Of a stretch of 52,397 nt of DNA, positions 1-8,854 are shown piece by piece. Each line of letters opens with the position of its first letter. Within the stretch, counting starts at the first letter, position 1. This stretch comes from a virus. Lineage: Duplodnaviria > Heunggongvirae > Uroviricota > Caudoviricetes. The stretch lies in IMG/VR virus record IMGVR_UViG_2690316086_000018; one strand, given 5' to 3'. Below the pieces are notes generated by a model. The model did no database searches. It was not told where the DNA came from and saw nothing but the letters and a program-made list of their open reading frames with translations. Both the position numbers and the translations under genes were made by a program.

Positions 1-219
1 ATGAAAGAAAATATTGAAACCAGCGTAAAACGATTTATCCGCGTTCCTGATGTTTTAAATCGAGTGGGATTCAGTCGCACGACCTTATATGAGCGTATTA
101 AGGAAGGGAACTTTCCAGACAGAGTAAAAATAGGTCCGAGGTGTGTCGCTTTTGTTGAAAGTGAGATTGATGAATGGATTGACTCGACTATTCGAAACTC
201 ACGCCAGAACGCTGCATAA
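1..219 (+). CDS. alpA: AlpA-family regulatory protein (excisionase-like HTH)
   Basis: 72-aa ORF; R-V-P-D-V-L-N-R-V-G-F-S-R-T-T-L-Y-E-R-I...G-P-R-C-V-A-F-V-E-S-E-I-D-E-W-I pattern typical of AlpA/Vis-like proteins; AT-rich context. Confidence 0.6.
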   Translation: MKENIETSVKRFIRVPDVLNRVGFSRTTLYERIKEGNFPDRVKIGPRCVAFVESEIDEWIDSTIRNSRQNAA

Positions 220-288
220 AAACAGATACAAGATCTCGTGTCGAACAGATAACTGTTCGCACAGGGCATCTTATTATCCTAAACAATA

Positions 289-591
289 ATGGAGAAGAAT
301 ATGAAGATAGAACTTATTACGACAAAACAGTTTATTGAACAAGCCGAATGTTATTTCAGGAACTATATGGACGGATTGCGGAGGAATGCACCAGATGATT
401 TTTATTATTTTATCAACAATAAATACAATATGAATGACATTATGGAAAGTATCATTAAAAAAACGAGATATCATTTTTACGATGACACAGAAGAAGGCAA
501 AAGGAATCGGATTTATGGAGAAGTAAGCCACAGTAAGGTAAAGCAACACCTTCGTCAGCTTTGGATTATCTATAAGTGTGTATACCGCTAA
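289..591 (+). CDS. hypothetical protein
   Basis: 100-aa ORF directly downstream of alpA on same strand; no recognisable motif. Confidence 0.35.
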   Translation: MEKNMKIELITTKQFIEQAECYFRNYMDGLRRNAPDDFYYFINNKYNMNDIMESIIKKTRYHFYDDTEEGKRNRIYGEVSHSKVKQHLRQLWIIYKCVYR

Positions 592-676
592 TACTGCAGC
601 ATTTCATTTTTAATATTAACCAAAAGGTAAAACTAATGAATACATTTAAGAATAAAAATACTAAATCTTTTATGTT

Positions 677-931
677 GTGTCCTTGCATATCTATGCGGAG
701 CTTTTTAACTCAAAGGATAAAACAACCAGCAATATGATTATAACGCATGTAATGGATCATGAGTTTGTCTTTAGGCTAATCGATCTGGCGATGAGAAATG
801 CTGAGAAACATCTTCTGAAAAAAGCATGGAAAAAGAATGCTGCTGAAAAACTGTCTGAGGTGGATTTTAAAGGGGTTAAGCAGGCATTAGCCAAAATGCA
901 TTACACTGTTCTGGCAGAATCAATATGTTGA
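677..931 (+). CDS. hypothetical protein (start uncertain)
   Basis: 84-aa ORF, same-strand run of small genes. Confidence 0.25.
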   Translation: MSLHIYAELFNSKDKTTSNMIITHVMDHEFVFRLIDLAMRNAEKHLLKKAWKKNAAEKLSEVDFKGVKQALAKMHYTVLAESIC

Positions 932-1004
932 TATGTTCTGACGTCTATCGGCCCCGTTATGGGGCTGAGAACAAATCTTATTTGTCTATCCAAGGAGCAA
1001 AAAA

Positions 1005-1247
1005 ATGATTGATGAATTTCATGTGATGTATATGTATAAAAAAATCCAAGCAGAAGCCGCAACTACCGACATCAAAACACTTGAACAGCTTTTGAAAAAG
1101 TTCAGGAGCGTGGTTCACGAACGTCGTGAAGAATACTATCAGGAAGTTGGTGAGAAAAAAGCGCGTAAGTTGAAAATGAAAAGAGCACAAAGAATGCTTG
1201 AGAAAATGGAATGTGACCGGGTCTCGCCAGAAGATCTCATTGACTGA
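1005..1247 (+). CDS. hypothetical Lys/Glu-rich small protein
   Basis: 80-aa ORF preceded by aaggag RBS at ~990. Confidence 0.4.
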   Translation: MIDEFHVMYMYKKIQAEAATTDIKTLEQLLKKFRSVVHERREEYYQEVGEKKARKLKMKRAQRMLEKMECDRVSPEDLID

Positions 1248-1284
1248 TAAGAGTTCTGTATAATAATGTATCTACATCAAAAAC

Positions 1285-1692
1285 ATGGAGGTGGTTATGG
1301 GCTGGGAGCTTCACATAGTAAGAACGGAACATTGGTTCGATAGCGCAAGTGTTCCAATCAGTAGTGAAGAATGGCTCCAGCTTGTTAATGATGATAAAGA
1401 ACTCTCCATAGATAACAAGAATGGTGATTTTTTTGCTCTATGGAGTGGTCAAAGTGAACTCGATGAACCTTGGCTTGACTGGAGTGATGGAAGGATTTCA
1501 ACAAAGCATCCTGACGAAGCCCTTTACTGTAAAATGTTGCAGATAGCTGAGAAGCTACATGCTGTAGTCGTTGATGAGGATGATCATAAATATTCGCTAC
1601 CAAGTGACCTGATGAATCCTTCATGGGCGAATTCATCACCAGTTGGTAAAAAACAATCTTTATGGGAAAAGTTAATTTCAAAACTAAAATAA
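1285..1692 (+). CDS. hypothetical protein
   Basis: 135-aa ORF; ggaggtg RBS before internal ATG at 1297. Confidence 0.4.
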   Translation: MEVVMGWELHIVRTEHWFDSASVPISSEEWLQLVNDDKELSIDNKNGDFFALWSGQSELDEPWLDWSDGRISTKHPDEALYCKMLQIAEKLHAVVVDEDDHKYSLPSDLMNPSWANSSPVGKKQSLWEKLISKLK

Positions 1693-1697
1693 TGTTC

Positions 1698-2168
1698 TTA
1701 TATAGTTTTCGTCGGGTCATTATCAACCACTGTTGCTTTCAAAGCATCAAGCTCTGAGATATAAGAGTCCAAAAGTTGAATGCATTCTCTTGCTAATTGT
1801 AAGGCATCATATATTTTGCCATCACATAAAATAGTATATTTGCATGTCATTACTTCACCACCACCTGTTCCTGAATACCAAGTAGATGTTTGTTTTTGTT
1901 TAGCTGCGATGTGAGGTTGGCGACTAGTTCGCATTGAGCGAGTTAATTTGCAATGTTTAGAACCATTAGCTAAATCAGCGCAAATCTTCAATGCTTGGTG
2001 TTCATTGATGAATATATCCACATGACTTGCTCTGATATTCAAAGTGTTAAGGTGAATGATCCAATCTCTAATATGATAGCAATGGATGAAAAATGAAATA
2101 ACATCATCATCGTAGTCTTCTTCGTTATGTCCTGAAGAAGAAATAATACCCGAGTAGATTTTCTCCAT
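1698..2168 (-). CDS. hypothetical protein
   Basis: 156-aa ORF, last gene of minus-strand run downstream of rep. Confidence 0.4.
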   Translation of the reverse strand: MEKIYSGIISSSGHNEEDYDDDVISFFIHCYHIRDWIIHLNTLNIRASHVDIFINEHQALKICADLANGSKHCKLTRSMRTSRQPHIAAKQKQTSTWYSGTGGGEVMTCKYTILCDGKIYDALQLARECIQLLDSYISELDALKATVVDNDPTKTI

Positions 2169-2273
2169 TCGATTAAGATATTTTTGCTTCTTTTAACCTG
2201 TTCCATTTATCGTTTCCATCATCAGTATTAACAATTGATAAGATTGCTAATATTATATTATGAAGGTTTGGAT

Positions 2274-2753
2274 TTAGATAGACATTTTCCTGCTCTTCTG
2301 GCTTGATGGTTCGAACTCTGACGAGATACGAGATAGTTGCTCAAGACTCTGTTCAATTGAACGCTGGAACTCCATAGCGGCTTCTGTGCGTTGTTTTATG
2401 ACTAAGGCTACTATTTCTTCATCACTCTTTTCTGAAATGGCCTTACGGTATAACACGCGTTCGTTAAATAAATCGAGATTACCAGTTGATCTCGCTGATG
2501 TGTTAGCTTTTGAACTGCTGATAGGATTTAACTCGTCAATAAAGTATTCAATAAGAGATCCTCTCTTTTTTTCAAGTCTGCGAAGTTCGGTATGTGCAGA
2601 CTTAAATTTTTGAGCCTTAACCAATGGAATGTCATCGGAACGCAGTTTGCGATATTCATTTCTGTATTCTTCTATAGAAATATGATTTTTTAGTTCTTTG
2701 ACTGTATTTACGTATTCGATTAAATCACTGTTGTCTGTTTTTACTTTTCTCAT
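2274..2753 (-). CDS. hypothetical coiled-coil protein
   Basis: 159-aa ORF immediately downstream of rep on minus strand. Confidence 0.4.
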   Translation of the reverse strand: MRKVKTDNSDLIEYVNTVKELKNHISIEEYRNEYRKLRSDDIPLVKAQKFKSAHTELRRLEKKRGSLIEYFIDELNPISSSKANTSARSTGNLDLFNERVLYRKAISEKSDEEIVALVIKQRTEAAMEFQRSIEQSLEQLSRISSEFEPSSQKSRKMSI

Positions 2754-2842
2754 AAGAAATACCTCGTAGATAAAATAGGGGATATGTTTATATTACGATA
2801 TATGGTGTAAGTGTCAAATGGCCTAATATATAGGCAAAAGTT

Positions 2843-3550
2843 TTATATGTTTTCTTCTTCATCAAACTCATCTTCTTGAGAATAATCATCAAATATGTTG
2901 TCTTCTGAAAAAGAGTCCCAATCAATATCCTCATCGGGTGTGGAAAGCAAAGGTTTATCATCTTCTTTATTGATTGATTTCTCTTCGTGGTTTTTAAATA
3001 TCCTATCTTTATAAACGGTGACGAATACGTCCTCGATGCCTTCACTGGTTGTTCTCAGCGACTTCTGAACATATTCTTTCCTTATTGGATTTAATGTTCT
3101 GTATTGGCCTTTCAGGAATAGATTGGCGTTTATTAAAGTGTGTTTACCGTCTTGAATAAGAATGCCTTTATTGATAAGTTTTTTCCAGCATTTGCACACA
3201 TTAGATTTGCTCATACCAAGCTCTTCTGCGAGTGCTGACTGAGATATACTGGCTATCAGATTCCCATGCTGCATGAGTTTACACAAACGGATCATTATTG
3301 TGTATTCAGCACCAGACATATTTTTACCAAGCTTTTCCAGATTATCGACAAAAGCATGAACATAGGCTATTCCCGGCTGTATATCCGAACTTCGTTCCTT
3401 TTTAATATTGACGGTTATTTTATCTTTTCGGTTTCTGTTATAAAAACTGTAAATCTCTAGTTTCTGTTTATCGGTAAAATCATTTTTGTTGATATAATCT
3501 TCCAATTGTTCACTACTTGAGGTCATTATTGTGTTGTAATCAATGCTCAT
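2843..3550 (-). CDS. putative iteron-binding replication initiator (winged-HTH, acidic C-terminal tail)
   Basis: 235-aa ORF with HTH-like segment ISQSALAEELGMSKSNVCKCWKKLINKGIL; AT-rich region and iteron array immediately upstream. Confidence 0.45.
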   Translation of the reverse strand: MSIDYNTIMTSSSEQLEDYINKNDFTDKQKLEIYSFYNRNRKDKITVNIKKERSSDIQPGIAYVHAFVDNLEKLGKNMSGAEYTIMIRLCKLMQHGNLIASISQSALAEELGMSKSNVCKCWKKLINKGILIQDGKHTLINANLFLKGQYRTLNPIRKEYVQKSLRTTSEGIEDVFVTVYKDRIFKNHEEKSINKEDDKPLLSTPDEDIDWDSFSEDNIFDDYSQEDEFDEEENI

Positions 3551-3689
3551 GGTTTTTCCTTTTATTATTATTGTTGTTTTTTATATATAATGCAGTATGT
3601 GCTTTTGTCAAAAATAAATGTGAAAAAAAGAAAAATAATACACTTTTGCGAAATAGCGTCCACTGCTTGCTTGCGGATTTTAACTATTG

Positions 3690-3790
3690 AAAGTTTCCAC
3701 GGAAGAAACTTTGGTTTCTGTACAGGAAACTTCGGTTTCCATAGAAGAAACTTAAATTTCCGTACAGGAAACTTTTTCCGTAAAATCTCC
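3690..3790. repeat. iteron-like array, ~4 direct repeats of ~21-22 bp (GAAACTTnnnnTTTCCGTACAG-like)
   Basis: direct repeats visible: ggaagaaactttggtttctgtaca / ggaaacttcggtttccataga / agaaacttaaatttccgtaca / ggaaactttttccgtaaaatc. Confidence 0.55.
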
Positions 3791-3915
3791 TTTAAAAATA
3801 ATGGTTTATGCTTCCTTAATACTATAATATGTTTAATAACTTTAACGTGGAGTGTGCCGGATAAATGGCACCGTTTGGTTTTTTTATTATTTTTACTTTA
3901 TGTTATGAACAGCCA

Positions 3916-3947
3916 GTGATTGTTTTGCACAATCACGAAATGCTGCT
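3916..3947. repeat. partial third copy of palindrome-containing repeat (GTGATTG..CAATCAC..GAARTGCTGCT)
   Basis: gtgattgttttgcacaatcacgaaatgctgct matches the core of the repeats at 4015 and 4516. Confidence 0.5.
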
Positions 3948-4014
3948 TTTATTGTGAGAGCTTATTTAAGATTTCTTTTACTTTATATGCGTCTTCGATG
4001 CGATCTTTTTTGGA

Positions 4015-4150
4015 TAAATCCATCATTAACAGGGGCAAGCCCTGTCCAACAAAGTGATTGGTGTGAACAATCACGAAGTGCTGCTACTAAATATATAGTT
4101 TTCCTATGTGTTTAAGAGCAAATGCTATATGTCAGAGGGGAAATGCTATG
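4015..4150. repeat. ~135-bp direct repeat copy A with two internal hairpins
   Basis: ~90 percent identical to 4516-4650; contains CAGGG-gcaag-CCCTG and GTGATTG-n7-CAATCAC inverted repeats. Confidence 0.65.
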
Positions 4151-4515
4151 TTCGAACATAGGATCTGATGTTAACTTGATAGAGTGAATAGTGAGATTAA
4201 GATCATGTTGTTTTCCATTGATAAAATAGTAATAACTTATAAGTGAACAAGAAAAATAGTTTTATACCAGTATCAGGGGCGTAGCCGTGCGCCAGCACAA
4301 TGTATATATTTTCAAAAAAAATAATTGAATGTATCAGGTAAGAATAAATATCAATAAATATAAGTAATAGTGTTCTATAAGCTGTTAATAAACCGCACAG
4401 GAAGCTTGCTAAGACGTTGGAAGCAGGAAGATGACACATATAACCATCTTCATACTTAAAACGCTTATAATTGATTACAGGCAGTAATTTATATGGAAAA
4501 AATCATTAATTGAAA

Positions 4516-4650
4516 AATCCATCATTAACAGGAACAAGCCCTGTCCAGCAAAGTGATTGTTGGCAACAATCACGAAGTGCTGCTACTAAAGATATAGTTT
4601 TCCTATACATTTAAGAGCAAATGCTATATGTCAGAGATGAAATGCTATTT
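4516..4650. repeat. ~135-bp direct repeat copy B
   Basis: near-identical to 4015-4150. Confidence 0.65.
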
Positions 4651-4748
4651 TTAATTATTTAGTGTTATGAAAAACTAGATCCTGTTTATATCCGCTTGGT
4701 TTCAGCACTCACACAGATGTGTGAAGAAACTATAAAATCACAGATGTT

Positions 4749-4795
4749 ATAAAATATCATAAATATCATAAATATCATAAATATCATAAATATTT
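4749..4795. repeat. tandem 9-bp repeat (ATCATAAAT) x4 plus partial copy
   Basis: atcataaatatcataaatatcataaatatcataaat read directly; ~80 bp upstream of operon start. Confidence 0.75.
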
Positions 4796-4873
4796 TTGAT
4801 ATTACGACTGGTTGCATGGTATTAAATAAAAATAATAACAAAAATCTACTTGGCTACAGCTTTGACAGGAAAC

Positions 4874-5227
4874 ATGGATAAACACTATATCCCTGTTTTA
4901 CAGGATTTAAGAAGAGTGATATACAGCGACAGAATGTTATCAAGGCTTGCAGATAGCGGCAATATTGTTATCCATAGTTCAGTTGGGTATCCGGTTGCTA
5001 AATACAAAAACACGGGGATTAGCATAGGTATAGAACCATTGAATCCAATGATAAGACAAGATCTGACTCTTGGATATATAGTGGTCGTCAGAAACGGGAA
5101 AACATCACAGGAGATTAATGGTTTACTTAACAGGTCATTGCCAAAAGCAATAAGCACTTTTAAGGATCACATCAATGAATATGAAGCAGTAAAAAGTAAA
5201 ATGCGACAACAAACTATGATCTGGTAA
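4874..5227 (+). CDS. hypothetical protein (first gene of unknown operon)
   Basis: ATG at 4874 preceded by AGGAA; track ORF begins at TTG 4850. Confidence 0.4.
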   Translation: MDKHYIPVLQDLRRVIYSDRMLSRLADSGNIVIHSSVGYPVAKYKNTGISIGIEPLNPMIRQDLTLGYIVVVRNGKTSQEINGLLNRSLPKAISTFKDHINEYEAVKSKMRQQTMIW

Positions 5228-5264
5228 AATATTTAGTCTGATAACTTCAGGAGGAGGATGAGCG

Positions 5265-6227
5265 ATGGAAGGTAAGTTAATTTTTTGTTCCGATGCAATA
5301 CTACGGTTTCAGTCCGATTACGATGAAACCGCTGCCGTTCCATTGCTATCCATCCAGAACGTCATAGCCGATACCGATCCGTTTTTTCTTCTCCGTTTCT
5401 TCCACCATACCGTTCTGATTGAAGAAGGAACAACGCTGGCAAGTATCTTTCTGGCAATAGAACCGTGGAAGGCTTTGTTAGCGGCTTATCTGGACAGAGA
5501 TGTTGGTGCTTATATAGATGAGGTAAGAAAACCGTCCGGGCCAACGACATGGGATATTGAATGGATTGGGATTGATCGTCGTAGCATGGTTTACCGTGCT
5601 TATAAACGTCAGGAGATGCAAGATGATGAGGACGTTTCTGACTATTTAAACCGGGAACGCGTTCTGACCGATGAATTTGAGATTGAAAGTGGCTGTGAGG
5701 CTTCTGGCTTCATTAAAGGTGATAAAGAACGCTGGAGCATCAGTGGTGATGTTCACGAGATAAAGAATCTGCCTGTAATCCTCTATAGCAAACAGACATT
5801 GATGACTTCACCGAAAGACGGTTTGCTGAAGAAAAACGTATCGGGTGTGAAGAGTTCCAAGCACAGTTGCTTCGTTTATGGCGATACCTCGTTTTCATTG
5901 AGAGAGGTTATGGAAGCCATCTTCATTAGCGGGCTGTTCTTCTATGCGCCAAGAGACGCCGCCAGTAGTCTTGATGAGCTGAAAGCGAGTGTGGCTGAAC
6001 TGGAAGAAGAACGCGCTGAAAATCCAAATGCGGAGTCGACTGGCAATGAAACAGAGGAAGAACCTACCATCGTCGTAGCCGAAGGTGCATTTGATTCGCT
6101 CGCAGCTCACATGGAGTCTGAAAACGCGGAGTGGCAATACATTAAGAAGTTGTGCCAGCAAGAAGGTGAGCTGCCCATACGTATTGGCAACATCAAAATG
6201 GCTGAGCCACCAGAGTTTCATTTTTAG
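5265..6227 (+). CDS. hypothetical protein, 320 aa
   Basis: strong RBS aggaggagg before ATG; acidic C-terminal region; no recognised motif. Confidence 0.5.
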   Translation: MEGKLIFCSDAILRFQSDYDETAAVPLLSIQNVIADTDPFFLLRFFHHTVLIEEGTTLASIFLAIEPWKALLAAYLDRDVGAYIDEVRKPSGPTTWDIEWIGIDRRSMVYRAYKRQEMQDDEDVSDYLNRERVLTDEFEIESGCEASGFIKGDKERWSISGDVHEIKNLPVILYSKQTLMTSPKDGLLKKNVSGVKSSKHSCFVYGDTSFSLREVMEAIFISGLFFYAPRDAASSLDELKASVAELEEERAENPNAESTGNETEEEPTIVVAEGAFDSLAAHMESENAEWQYIKKLCQQEGELPIRIGNIKMAEPPEFHF

Positions 6228-6278
6228 TTTAAAAGCAATAATCTACCACTTAATGATTACGAAACTATAAGTCGAAGG

Positions 6279-7460
6279 ATGATTCACATGCCGCATAAAA
6301 AAGTAGCGCTACAGCTTATTGAGGAAACGCTTAAAGAACTTGAGTCCCCAAAAGGCTCTTTGTTATCGGCTATACAAAAGCTCCAAAGGACCGCAGATAT
6401 CATTAATGATGAAGATACAAAAATATGGTGTGCTATTCAGTTGGGGGACGATAAATACACAACACCACTTAAATTATTTTTAAAATTCTTAATCGATAAC
6501 AAAAATACAACTACGAAGACTTATGAGGAAAAATTAAGCAAACATATAAAAGTGTTATCTGATACAGGAATTAAGTCTGGAGTTCACTATTCTAACGAAG
6601 AACTTACGTTAAAAAGTAATGAAAGTGGTGGTGGATATAATAATATCGGGTTTATTGAAGAGAAATATGCAGATCTTGTAAGAAAAAAAGAAGGTAATGA
6701 TGGGACATACTATAAAAATAACTTAAACCAACATATTAATTATGTGAGAAAAAAAGCACATGAGTTAGCATCACAAATATTTAATCAACTAAAATTCTCA
6801 GGCACTGTCAGTAACTGTTTTGATATACTAAAAAATGCTGTCGATGATAAACTATTAGATCTAAATCCAGTGATCGCAGAACAGCTAATGTTGGCATTTA
6901 AAGCCATCTCTTCTGATAAAGAAGAAGAATGGTCTCAAGCTTTAACTACATGCCGTCGACTTCTGGAGGGATTGGCTGATGAACTTTACCCTGCATCAAA
7001 GGAGAAATTTAATGGTCGGGCCGTTGGGCAAGGTCAATATGTAAATCGCTTGTGGGCATTTATGGATGGGGCTATTCAATCCGAAAGTAATAAAGACCTT
7101 GCCAAAGCTCATATAGATTTTCTTGGATCATGGTTGGATAAAGTTAACAAGTTAACAAATAAAGGTGTTCATGCCGAGTTAAATCGGATTGAAGCTGTAA
7201 AGTCAGTATTTCATACGTATTTAGTTGTGGCAGATTTGCTTGAGTATATGTCAAATACTAAGATCACTGTCTCTAAGCCTGATATCAATAAAGCTACTTT
7301 AGATGAACTGGAGGCGTTGTTAAATATAAATAGAGCAATCGCTAAAGAAATTGTTAAAGCACGAGTTCGTGAAGGGAAGCTTGATCTGGATATTTTAAAA
7401 AATATAAAAGGTATAGGTGCCAAGACACTTAGTAATATACAAGAAGTGTTTGTTTTGTAA
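6279..7460 (+). CDS. hypothetical protein with C-terminal helix-hairpin-helix (ComEA-like) DNA-binding motif
   Basis: 393-aa ORF ending LDLDILKNIKGIGAKTLSNIQEVF; alternative start ATG 6288. Confidence 0.5.
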   Translation: MIHMPHKKVALQLIEETLKELESPKGSLLSAIQKLQRTADIINDEDTKIWCAIQLGDDKYTTPLKLFLKFLIDNKNTTTKTYEEKLSKHIKVLSDTGIKSGVHYSNEELTLKSNESGGGYNNIGFIEEKYADLVRKKEGNDGTYYKNNLNQHINYVRKKAHELASQIFNQLKFSGTVSNCFDILKNAVDDKLLDLNPVIAEQLMLAFKAISSDKEEEWSQALTTCRRLLEGLADELYPASKEKFNGRAVGQGQYVNRLWAFMDGAIQSESNKDLAKAHIDFLGSWLDKVNKLTNKGVHAELNRIEAVKSVFHTYLVVADLLEYMSNTKITVSKPDINKATLDELEALLNINRAIAKEIVKARVREGKLDLDILKNIKGIGAKTLSNIQEVFVL

Positions 7461-7499
7461 TTTATTTAGCATTTGATTGATATAATATTATGAAATAAA

Positions 7500-7534
7500 G
7501 TCGGGAGTTCATACGTAGCAACTCCCGATTTTAC
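7500..7534. terminator. bidirectional rho-independent terminator-like hairpin
   Basis: cgggagtt / aactcccg 8-bp stem followed by T-run, between convergent genes. Confidence 0.5.
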
Positions 7535-7551
7535 GATGATACGTTGTATTA

Positions 7552-7929
7552 TCAATCCATCAAACCGCGTGAAGTCTTACTTGCAGTATGACGAAAATCA
7601 TAACGTTCCACAACATCACCCTTAAACCAGATATCCAGAGATTTAATGTGCGCCGTGCTGCTATTGGTCAACAGAGCAAGGCCCGGTATATAGTTAGATA
7701 GTTGGTTTTCTCCCGTCATACTTGAGTAGTTCCACATCTCCTGCCCATCATTCGTAGCGCGTGTCTGAGGCTCTCCAAAGGCAGCAAGAATTTCTTGTTG
7801 GGTAGTTTTTCCCTTGACGATTTTAACTTTAACCGTCTGATGATTTTCATCAGTTAGGGATTTATTGCCATGAACGGTACAGCCACCAAGCGGAAGTATG
7901 ATAAAAATAGCAAATAATAAATTTTTCAT
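7552..7929 (-). CDS. putative lipoprotein
   Basis: MKNLLFAIFIILPLGGC signal peptide plus lipobox; track ORF extends to 8001. Confidence 0.5.
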   Translation of the reverse strand: MKNLLFAIFIILPLGGCTVHGNKSLTDENHQTVKVKIVKGKTTQQEILAAFGEPQTRATNDGQEMWNYSSMTGENQLSNYIPGLALLTNSSTAHIKSLDIWFKGDVVERYDFRHTASKTSRGLMD

Positions 7930-7960
7930 TTTTGTTCCATAAATAGATGAAAGGTGAGAC

Positions 7961-8449
7961 TCAGAAAACATACTTTTTAAATACCAGCATCCATCGCTCA
8001 CAAAGTTCGTGATTTGAAGTGCTTTTATTTTTCAGGGGAACATTAACTTTCCACATGGGATTTTTAATATCATCGGTTAAAATATTTAGGCCAGACCTTT
8101 TATTCGCTGAAAGTTGTTCTTTCCAGTTAGCAATAGCCGCATTATTCATACCTCGTAATGTTCCATTGCCGTAAAACTTACCACCCTCTGAAAGCGTGTA
8201 ATTTATTTCCCGGATTTCATCAAAAGTATATGTGCTGTCTTTATTTTTATTGAAAATACGGATAGTATGTTTTTGAGTATCAATTACAATACCTGTCTGC
8301 TGGCATTCATACGAAAGAATGTCGCCGTCCAGAACTTCTGTGAAGTTGTTGTAGTGCTTTTTCTTCTGTATATCTGCTGCGGTCATGATAATGACGAAGA
8401 GCACCACTAAAAACACGATACCTGTTGCTTCCACTCTTACTTCCTCCAT
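7961..8449 (-). CDS. membrane-anchored hypothetical protein
   Basis: 162-aa ORF with N-terminal hydrophobic helix GIVFLVVLFVIIMTAA; upstream of lipoprotein on same strand. Confidence 0.45.
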   Translation of the reverse strand: MEEVRVEATGIVFLVVLFVIIMTAADIQKKKHYNNFTEVLDGDILSYECQQTGIVIDTQKHTIRIFNKNKDSTYTFDEIREINYTLSEGGKFYGNGTLRGMNNAAIANWKEQLSANKRSGLNILTDDIKNPMWKVNVPLKNKSTSNHELCERWMLVFKKYVF

Positions 8450-8569
8450 GTAAATGAGTTAAAGAGACTGAACCCGCTCACAGAGCTTTGCTTCGTTTTA
8501 TACGTCCTACAGCACCAAACTCATGGCGTCGGTCTCGGCGTTGCAAGGCTATCAGAACTTGAAATCATG

Positions 8570-8707
8570 ATCGATATAAAAGATCGATAATGAGTTATTG
8601 ATAGATTTTAACGATTAAATAGATGATATCGATCGGCAATTAATTGTTATTATCGATCGAATATCAACTTATGATAGCTACAAGCTATCATGTGGTCGTT
8701 TTTGATC
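8570..8707. promoter_or_regulatory. GATC / ATCGAT-rich divergent intergenic region (possible Dam-sensitive control region)
   Basis: 5 GATC sites in ~140 bp (8570, 8583, 8631, 8656, 8704) plus 9-bp-arm palindrome atgatagct-aca-agctatcat. Confidence 0.4.
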
Positions 8708-8854
8708 GTTTTAAACGATATGACGAGACGCTAAAAGAATTGAATCCTATCAATTGGTTAAGCGGTGGTTTTGCCATGTGATATTAGCCGGATCCCGCAA
8801 CAACTCTAGCCCTGACCGGATTAGGTCAAAAATTTAGGCACTTTGATTATCAGG

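Noticed and set aside
4015-4650. Direct repeats considered as a CRISPR array or retron ncRNA
   Set aside because: Only two full copies about 500 bp apart (CRISPR repeats are 25-50 bp with short spacers); no cas genes; no reverse transcriptase (no YxDD motif) in adjacent ORFs.
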